A stretch of DNA of 63,013 nt, counting the filler, from Kipferlia bialata (Eukaryota): NCBI GenBank assembly GCA_003568945.1. It is 6 parts of 6 records of this genome, joined end to end, with 100 filler letters (N's around TTAATTAATTAA, not from the genome) between each part and the next. Parts side by side here need not be neighbours in the genome. Positions count along the whole stretch, not along the records: positions 1 to 12,975 come from BDIP01001003.1; 5 more parts are not named here. One strand, 5' to 3'. The first letter of the stretch is position 1. Each line of letters begins with the position of its first letter. The position numbers and the translations under genes are program-made. Of this stretch, positions 1-10,514 are shown in pieces. The notes below the pieces were generated by a model. The model did no database searches, was not told the origin of the DNA, and was given only the letters and a program-made list of their open reading frames with translations.

Positions 1-60
1 GCTGTCTGCCAAAGTCATGGCACAGATGGAGATGGAGAAGAGAGTGGTGAGTATATATGG

Positions 61-91
<31 letters not shown>

Positions 92-3000
92 TGAGAGAGA
101 GAGGGAGAGAGAGAGTACTCTCTGCCAAGGTCATGGCACAAGTAGAGATGGAGAAGAGAGTGGTGAGTAGATATGAATAATAGTCACTGTACACGTATCA
201 GACACTTCTCTCTCTTCCTCTCCCTCTTTACTAATCACTCAGGCCCTATCCCTCCAGGAGTCAACACTGAGAGCAGCATAGTGTATAGTGCATAGTATAT
301 ATATATAGTATATATATACATATAGTTGTATAGAAAGTCTAATCCCCAGGCCCTATCCCTCCAGGAGTCAACACTGAGAGCAGAATGGGAGAGAGAAAAG
401 GAGGAAGAGAAGGAACAATGGAGCAGGGAGAGAGAGAGAGAGTGGCACACAGAGAGGGAGAGAGAGAGACAGCAGTGGGAGAAGGAGAGGGCATCGCTTG
501 TGTTGAAGTACACGGAGATTCAGGTATATATATTTATGTATATACTCCACATACTATATAGTACCATGTATAGGCTGTGTATACATGCTTGTGTTGAAGT
601 ACATGATAGAAATTCATGTTCCCATGTAATTTGTGACGTGTATTTCACTCCATCAGTAAGACAATTTGTATATGGAAACACGCCTATTGCTCTCATACAC
701 TGGTAATATCTAGTCATATGGTTGTATTGACCTATCAGAAGAGAGATACCCTTAGAGAGGCAGACACATTCATCTATACACTTGTGTGTACACTATTCTA
801 ATAATTTGTACAATCCTATATATTGACTTACCCTGAGAAGAGGCAGAGATACTCACCCTTTGTACATAGTAGTAGTATATAGTATAAGGTCAACTCTCAA
901 TAAGTATAATGTTAGTATAATGATTCTTGTATAATTCTACTATATTCTTAAGCTCTAGGAGAGAGATGCTCTGAGAGAGGCAGAGGTACTCACTCTGCAG
1001 TCCAAGCTGAGGGAGACTCAGGTATACTAGTAGCCAATATGTTCTATTTAATAGATACTTACATAGATGTATATATTAAAAGGTACACTTTGTTAGCAGG
1101 CTATGTGTTCTGTTATATATATATATCGTCACTCAACCTGCAGTCCAAGCAGAGAGAGGCTCAGGTACGCTATGTAAGTATGCTATATATACTACTGCAG
1201 GGATGTTGTATATATATACCTATATATATATATACATAGCGCCACTCACCCAGTCCAAGCTGAGCGAGGTTGAGAGGGAGAGAGAGACTGCCTGTACCCA
1301 GGTACACTCTGGCGTATATTCATCTAGTACCTGCACAGTCTACCATATACATACATACATGTGTATACCATATGTGCAGTCTGAGTACGATAAGGCTATG
1401 CAGGGAAAGATGAGAGAGGTTGAGAGAGAGAGGGAGAGAGAGTAGGCAGAGGGACTCTCCCTATGTATTTGTATACCCGTATGTGTGAACTATTCAGCAT
1501 ATACTGATGATGAGGACGGCTACATATATATTGTATATTCATATATACTGATCTCAGGCCCAGACATTGGCCCAGCAGAGCACAGAGCACGTGTCAATAC
1601 TGCAGGAAGAGGTGTGGGTATACCAAGACATGTACATATATATGAGAGAGAGAAAGAGAGAGAGAGATGGGCGTGTCAGTACTGCAGCAGGAGGTGTGTG
1701 AGTGTGTGTATATATAGATATGAGAGAGAGGGAGTATCCAGATAGGGTGTCATACCTATCTTTAGTCTTTCGGTAAAGCATTTCTCTAATATCCAGCTTA
1801 CCACTGTTGCCCAGACTGCCAGTGAGAGCCTCTAGCATATATCATGTTTATGTATGTGTATATCCTGTATATCCATTCTTCTGACCTGTAGGTAGACACC
1901 CTCTCTCAGACTGCCAGTGAGAGGGTCGAGCAGCTGTTAGTATAATCATAACTAATGTGTATACCTATATATATGGACTATACCTATACCTATATATATC
2001 CTCTATCACTATCCAATATCCAGCTTACCACTGTTGCCCAGACTGCCAGTGAGAGGGTCGAGCATATATCATGATTAAGTATGTATATATCCATTCTTCT
2101 GACCTGTAGGTAGATGCCCTCTCTCAGACTGCCAGTCTAGATGTATATACTAAGCCAAGTGTTTATATACTGGCATTTATATACCCAGTCTTCTGACTTG
2201 TAGGTTGACACCCTCTCTCAGACTGCCAGTGAGAGAGTCATTCAGCTGATAGTATAGTCATAACTGTCCAACTTAACACAATATAACTATCTCTAATATT
2301 CAGCTCAACACTGTTGCCCAGACTGCCAGTGAGAGAGTGGAGCAGGTGGTAGTTCTAAGGGAGAAGAATGAGGACTTGATGGATCAGGTGAGTTGCATTC
2401 TTTAGGTATTAGAGAGTATATATATATATAGAGAGAGAGAGAGAGTCGAGCAGGTGGTGGTGCTGAAGGAGAAGAACGATGATCTGATGGCTCAGGTAGA
2501 GTAGTACATCTACTAAATATGTATTGGTATATATACATAGAGAGAGAGAGAGAGCAGGTGGTGGTGCTCAAGGAGAAGAACGAGGACTTGATGGCACAGG
2601 TAATATAGTATATATATACTATATATAGTAATTTACGTAGGGGGAGAGAGAGAGAGAGAGTTGGCAGTGCTTAAGGAAAAGAATGAAGTTTGATGGCTCA
2701 GGAAATAGAGAATGTGTCTATAAAGCGATAGATAGAGATAGAAAGAGAGAGATAACTTAATGGTGGAGGTAATAGTGAGTATTGTGGTATATATGTTGTA
2801 TATGTATGTGAATTTGTAATATAAATAAACGGTAGTGTGTATTGCATATCTATATTTGAATTCCTCTCTTTCTCTACACCCTTATTTACACCAGATTGAC
2901 AGGCTGAGGGGCAGGGAGAGAGAGGGAAGGGTCAGACTGATAACAAGGCCAATTCCAACAGGTACTGACGCTCTTGTTATATTTATTAATTCATTCGTCT

Positions 3001-3193
3001 AATATTTGATATTAGTATTAATTAGTATTAATTGTGTGTCTCTCTCTCTTTCGTTATCAGGCGTTGACCCAAGAGCCTTTTCCCTGTTCGACATGGACCT
3101 ATCCTTTTTTCTCTCTCGGTCTCTCTCTGTCTCCACTCCTAATACTCTTATACGCAGGCGTTGACCTTAGAGGCTTCTCCCTGTGCGACATCG

Positions 3194-3225
<32 letters not shown>

Positions 3226-3337
3226 GGCTTACACTTAGGAGTAGATCTTAGAGGCTTCTCCCTGTGTGACATGGATCTGAGTGGGGCATACTTTGAAGGG
3301 GCCAGAATGGAGAGTGAGTGTAGCAGTAGTAAAGTAC

Positions 3338-3374
<37 letters not shown>

Positions 3375-3444
3375 CATGGATCTGAGTGGGGCATGCTTTG
3401 AGGGCGCAAGGATGGAGAGTGAGTGACTATATATATATACGTAC

Positions 3445-3481
<37 letters not shown>

Positions 3482-3773
3482 CATGGACCTGAGTGGGGCA
3501 TGCTTTGAGGGGGCCAGGATGGAGAGTAAGTATATACACTTAATATATATACATATATATATATATGTATAAATATATAAATAGGGAGAGAGAGAGAGAT
3601 GGACCTGAGTGGTGCATGCTTTGAGGGGGCCAGGATGGAGAGTGAGTGTATTCACTATATATACATATATATATATATGTATAAATATATAAATAGAGAG
3701 AGAAAGAGACATGGACCTGAGTGGTGCATGCTTTGAAGGGGCAAGGATGGAGAGTGAGTATATACACTATATG

Positions 3774-3816
<43 letters not shown>

Positions 3817-6246
3817 GGCTCTGACTGGGGCATGCTTTGAGGGGGCAAGGATGGAGAGTGAGTACATATGTCTAATTATTAGCATATAATATACTAACCA
3901 TATGGGCACTTGTATTGCTGGGTCTACACTTAGGGGTACCTGTCTCAGGGGTGCATCTCTCTCTCTCTCTCTCTCCCTCTCTCTCTCTCTACCTTTATGT
4001 ATATACATATCTAGTAATAGTCTAATTCCAGGCACTGACATCACCAACTCCATCATAAAGGGTGCCTCTCTCTCTCTATCTCTCTCTCTCTATATAGACT
4101 CTTACCCTAGGCACTGACCTTACTAATTCCGTACTTAGGGGTGCCTGTCTGAGTGGTGCCTCTGTGTCTCTCGTTATATATATATCTCTCTTTATATATA
4201 TGAATATGAATACTCTTACCATAGGTACTGATATATCTGGGTCCACCCTCCGAGGTGCCTGTCTCAGTGGTGCCTCTGTATAAATATATATATATATATG
4301 TCTAGATATACATACTCCAATTCCAGGTACCGACCTTTCCAACTCCATCCTTAGGGGTGCCTGTCTTAGTGGTGCCTCTGGTGTGACATGTGCCATGCTC
4401 AGAAGCATTAGAGACATGGATCTAACAGGTAAGGCATAGTATATATATATACATATACATATATATGGGTGCCTCTGGTGTGACATGTGCAATGCTCAGA
4501 AGTGTCAAGGATAGGGACTTGACAGGTATATAAGTACTATATACAGGGTATGTGTATTCATACAGTATGTATACGGGCATGGAGCAAACTCGTATTTGTA
4601 CATGCATATAACGGTATATGTGAGTCTAGAGACAATCCTGACATCAGGCGTCGACCTGTCCGGTCTCAACCTGTCCCTGTTCGACCTGTCCAACATGAAC
4701 ATGAGGGGGTGTAACATGAGGTAAGGGATATAGTTTAGTATATACATAGTATATACTATGTAGTATATAGTATATATGTATGTAGTTTATATATACATGT
4801 CCCTGTTCGACCTGTCCAACATGAACATGAGGGGGTGCAACATGAGGTAACCTTTACACTATATACACTATACTCTAGGATACCATTCATCAGTATGCAT
4901 CTGTTTGACCTCAGTTGCTGCCAATCTCTCTTGGACCTCTTTCTCTCTCCATCTCTCTCTCTATACCTATATTATATGTACATTCTCTCTCACTAACCCC
5001 AGTGGCTGTGACCTGTCCAGGACCACCTCTCTCTCTCTCTATATATATATATATATTTATGTACATTCATATTTATACATACTAATCTAACATCCAGTGG
5101 CTGTGATCTCTCTAGGACTAACTTTGATGGGACAGTGCTGGCAGATGCATGCCTGGAGGGTGAGTATATATATATATATGCAAAAGTTTATGAATACATC
5201 AATATAGCCTTTGATGGCACAGCGCTAGCGGATGCATGCCTGGAGGGTGAGGAAATGTGTATGAATCTACATTTAGTGTATATTAAAGTGTGTATATACT
5301 CTATGTGTATGTATGCACATGCAAATGTGACAGTCCTGGCCGGTGCAAGCTTGGAGGGTAGGATATCTATATTTTGAGTAAGCTTACCAATGTGAAGTGA
5401 ACGGATAGTTCTCTCTTCCCCTCACTCCCAGGTGCAATTCTTCCAGACATCTCTCTCCCTCTCTCAACGCATATGTATCTGTGTTTCTACACACAACCGC
5501 TTACTCCCAGGTGCCATTCTCCCTGACCTTGAGGTCCTGCATAGGGTGAGTGTGAATATATATAGTTATGCATGTAACAATATGTATAGTAGTGCCATAT
5601 GTGTAACCAACTTCTCTCCCTCTCTCATATTCTCTATACTGCAATATTCTTACCATTAGGTCAAGCTCTCCCCTGGCCATGTCTCATTCGTCCCAGCAGG
5701 GAAGGACATACAGAGACATAGTGCGGGGACAGGTAAGTATATATATATATATACACTTACATGCATGTACGTAGGTTATAGGGGGGGAGAGAGACTTGGC
5801 AGGCACATACAGAGACACCGTGCGGGGACAGGTAGATATACATTAAATGTATACATTTACAGGAATATACGTAGGTTATAGAGGGGGAGAGAGAGAGAAG
5901 CACATACAGAAGCACAGTGCAGGGACAGGTACATACAGCCTATATGTCCTGGAGTAGATAGTGGCAGCTATATAGAGTGTACTCTCTTACATTCTCTACA
6001 CTTGTATTCTATATACTTACTCCAGGTGCCAAGAACAAGAAGCAGACTGTCAAGACCCACCTAGTCATTCCGGCCACAGAAGGTATATATACATGTATAT
6101 ATATACAGACACATAGTACCATATTATTATACATATATATAGTACATGGAGTACTTAATACAGACGGTTAAGACCCACCTTGTGATACCTGCAACAGAAG
6201 GTATATACACATATAGATGTGTATATATCATAGTCTTTCTATCTGA

Positions 6247-6289
<43 letters not shown>

Positions 6290-7258
6290 TCCTAGGCATC
6301 TCATGGACCCTCAATTCCAACTACAACTGCTGGGTCTACCTGGGGTGGCAGAAGAACTCAACAGAGGCACTATTGAAGGGTGTGCATGGGGTTGTACAGT
6401 GCACGCGGTACGTATATGGGTATCTCATGTATGGTACAGTCTGATATATGTTGGTGAACCATACACTGCAACACTCTGTTGAGTCTTGTTCTCTCTCTCT
6501 GTGCAATCATATACATGTGTATACATAGACTATACGTGTGCTTCTATATACGTTTGCCTGACGTCAGCATTGGTCGCACCGTCACTCTTAAGTCACCCTT
6601 CAGGACATTCAGGAGGTATGAGTGTACTGGTATACCCTAGAATGCTATGCTTTAATATACTTTAGTTAACTCTGTATGTCACCCTTTAGAACCTTCAAGA
6701 GGTAAGGGTGTGTATGATTCCACCATCAAATAGAACTGTGTGCCATATACTGTTGCATATGTATGAAACTATATATGCACACATATATGTATCTCTGCCT
6801 CTAACCCTAAGGGATTGTGAGCCAGGCAATTCCATACTCACTATATATGTATATGTACATATATATATATCCAGAAGTATTCTTACACCTGTGTGCATAA
6901 TTGTCGCCTGTACCTATTACACATATCCATTAACCTCTGTGTGACTGGGATCCCATCATTTCATCTATATATCATGTATAGATCGTATATATAAACATAT
7001 GTGTGTGTAACTATACGCTGTGTACATACGCTTACACCTATGCCTCTGACCCCAGGGACTGTGAGCCCGGCAAGCCCCTCAAGATTGAGATTAGGCATGT
7101 ATACAATCACACTAGATTTATTCCATCTAAGCTGCCTTGCCACTGCGCACAATATATTCTTGACTATTCCTCGCTACTTCTTTGACCTTCCTTAACCTTT
7201 CAGGGCCATTGGCGAGGTCCTCATCACCCTCGACCACATGCAGGAGGAGCCCGTTTAA
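1..7258 (+). CDS. Multi-exon gene (5' partial): Glu/Arg-rich coiled-coil region, then pentapeptide repeats, then an unassigned C-terminal domain
   Basis: Spliced reading gives ...EWEREKEEEKEQWSRERERE..., GVDLRGFSLCDMDLSGAYFEGARME (3239-3313), GTDLSNSILRGACLSGAS, GVDLSGLNLSLFDLSNMNMRGCNM and GCDLSRTNFDGTVLADACLE, which fit the A(D/N)LxX pentapeptide pattern. It ends RDCEPGKPLKIEIR|AIGEVLITLDHMQEEPV-TAA at 7256-7258. Introns carry many half-exon copies. Confidence 0.75.
1790..2701 (+). repeat. Half-exon array: five acceptor+5' halves, intact exon 2304-2387, three 3' halves
   Basis: Core CAGACTGCCAGT occurs six times; GAGAAGAA(C/T)GA..TGATGG..CAG occurs about four times. Confidence 0.9.
3061..3860 (+). 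repeat. Half-exon array: two 5' halves, intact exon 3239-3313, five 3' half+donor copies
   Basis: GA(T/C)CTGAGTGG(G/T)GCATGCTTTGA(A/G)GG.GC.AGGATGGAGA|GT is repeated, each copy preceded by (GA)n. Confidence 0.95.
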
Positions 7259-8530
7259 GGGCAGGTACAGTACAGTGTACGACTCATTGCGAATGGTGTT
7301 CAAAGTCTGATTTTCTACTTTGACTCCGTTTCGAATTTTGTACATCCATTTTGTCTGTTTTATTGTCCTGTTTTAGCGCCACTATTTGACCCAAAGAGTG
7401 AAACTCTTCTCGCAACTGAGGGGAAGAGTGTTTCAAAATCACCACTATGTATATTACTAATAGACACTCGTGTATGTTTCGCGTGAACTTGGAAAGTATG
7501 ATTCTTCAAGTGTTTGAGTAATTCTCAAACAATCTCAATGAGATTGACATACAGTTGGAGACTCCAATGGAGATCCAACTGCGTGTTGGTGTAGTTGATC
7601 AGTAATAGTTATTGAATCTTGCAAACACTATAATATCTAAGACAACAAATACGTCACATTCTCCGATACAATGTAACATATATCAATTGCAATGGGTCCA
7701 ATATGTATCAGACAATGAGAATACTAAACCTACGCGCTCCCTCTCTCTGGCTTCCGCTGTCTTTTCCTAGCCACATAACTAGACATAATCTTGGCATTAC
7801 GTAATTTACGTACGTTGTAAATATTAGTATACATCATCATCATCTCTCTCTAGCTCTCTACCACTCTATATATCACTCCCTAGAAGGGAGTCCCTACAGA
7901 GTAGAGTATCCATTGGAAAGATGACAGTATGCAGTAGGGAGAGGTTTTGTACGGAGGGAAGGGGAGAGAGGTAGCGGTTGTATAGGACTCCGATATAGAG
8001 AGAGAGGATGACGTGTCTTGGTGCAATACAAGTATTATACAACTGTCAGAGAGTCAATATGTGATAAGGTGTATTTGTGGTAGGAGAGCCCAATACTATA
8101 GTATCCATAATGAACTGGCGACGGAGCCTTGAATCCAATCACTGCATTGGACCAATAGACTCTTCATATGGTATTAGTATACTTATCCCAAATTGGGACC
8201 CAATTACAATACTACTATAGAACACATATAGTGGAGCCTCAGTATGAGTAATTACGCACACGAATCGAGATAGGACTACATCAATCTATTGACAGTCCTA
8301 TGTGACTATGTATAGCATACACATACTATGTGTGTGCTATGTGTGACACATAGTCTGAGCGTTAACCCACTAATACAATGGAAAATGACTAACCACTTCC
8401 CACAATAACCGAATACTACAAAGGAAACATGAAACACAGAAAACAAAGTTATACCAACACAGGGAAACTCAAAACGGGAACAGTGTCAACCCAACTCAAC
8501 AAAAGTCAACAAAAGTCAACCTAGGACAAC

Positions 8531-10481
8531 TCACTGCAGGCTCCTCTCGTAGTCTAGCTGTCTGACAGCCATCAGGAGCTCATAGGACAGACCCTCAGTC
8601 AGTGTCACATCTACTGCCACCTCCCCCCTCCTGGGCAGGCCCCGTATCTTCCCCTCTCTCCTGACGGGCCGGCGTGGGCCCCTCTTGGCCTTAGCAGGCT
8701 CTGCAGGTGCTGTAGAAGGTACAGGGGGCAGCAGGGATGCAGGGAGGGTGCTCTGCCGGATGAGGAGGGCCTCGTCTGCGAGGTAGGTCCTGGGGGTTAA
8801 AGAGGGTGTAGAGGGAGAGAATAGGGGTGTAGGGGAGAGAGAATAGGGGTGTAGGGGGAGAGAGAGAAAGAGGAGGGCCTCGTCTGCCAGGTACGTTCTG
8901 AGGGTTAAAAGGGGTGTAGAGGGAGAGAGAATAGGGGTATAGGGAGAGAGAGAGAAAATGGAGGGCCTCGTCTGCTAGGTATGTTCTGGGGGTTAAAAGG
9001 GTGTAGAGGGAGAGAGAGGAAAAGGACGATGTATACAATATGAGAGACGGGGTTGGCCCTTCCTGTGGCTACATAGACGTACAATTCCTTATATACCATA
9101 CCTGGGATCGTACTGTGCCCTGCATCTCTCCCTGTCCAGTCTCCATGCCTCTGCCTCTATGTTGGCAAGTCTCTCTCTCTCTGCCTCCTCCTTCTCCCTG
9201 GCCTATCATTAGTATAGAACGCACTACATATACCATACAATACTATCTTGCTCCTAGCGCCTAGGGGGTAAGGACGGAGTACAAGAAGATTTGAAGTCTC
9301 TCACACATGATATAAACATCTTATCATAAATATGAAATATACCGTAATACATTCTTGCCGTGCCGCTGGCCGCCTCTTCTCTCTCTCTTTCTCTCCCTAC
9401 CTATCCCACTATCACTCTCTCTCTTTCTCTCTATATATACATATCAATACACTCATACCTTCTGCTGTGCCGCTGCCCGTCTCTTCTCTCTCTCCCTCTC
9501 CCTCTCTACCCTCCTATCACTCTATATATATCTATATACATGCCTTCTGCTGTGCCGCTGCCCGTCTCTTCTCATACAACATACATAACCATACATAACT
9601 ACAATATATATATATACTAATGTGTGTGTACGTGTGTGTGTGTATACATACCTTCTGCTGTGCCGCTGCCCGTCTCTTCTGGGTGGCTGTCATCTTGGGC
9701 CTATGGTTAGTGACATACATATACATATAGAGTATATATACACACATTTCTATTTGTATATATGCACATATATCTATATACATGTATGTATAATGAATCT
9801 CTTCTGGGTGGCTGTCATCTTGGGCCTATGGTTAGATATGTCTATATACATACATACATATGTAGAGTATATAATATAAATATATAGTATAGTATATGCA
9901 GTATTACTATATATATAATAGTACTGTACCTGGGCGCCTCTGGCTCCAGACACCACCCTCTGCGCTGCCTTCCAGAATACAGTGTGTATATACTATAGTA
10001 CTATAAATATAGTATATATAGTACATATATATTTGGTATAATGTACATATACACAAACCTTGGCGCCTCTGGCTCCGACTCCACCCTCTGTGCTGCCTTC
10101 CAGAATACAGTATATATATATATACATATATATATAAATACATACTCTAGTAATATTGTATATACTATATATACTATATACACTAATCACCTTGGCGCCT
10201 CTGGCTCCGACTCCACCCTCTGTGCTGCATACCAGATTACAACATGTACTATAGTGTACATATATAATATATATACTATAATAATATTGTATATACTTTA
10301 TATACTATATATACTAATCACCTAGGTGCCTCTGGCTCCGACTCCACTCTCTGTGCTGCCTTTCTGCCCCTGCGCCTGGGGAGCTTCTCCTTCTCTCTCT
10401 CTCTCTCCCTCTCTCTCTCTCTCTCCTTAGCCCTCTCGGCACGGCTCATCCTGGGGTGAAAAACATGTTGTAACTAAGGGT

Positions 10482-10514
<33 letters not shown>

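Noticed and set aside
3061..3860. Ordinary mutually exclusive exons or protein-level tandem repeats
   Set aside because: The copies carry only one recognisable splice site and begin or end mid-exon. AG dinucleotides in (GA)n lack the branch motif seen at real acceptors. RNA data would be needed to exclude this completely.
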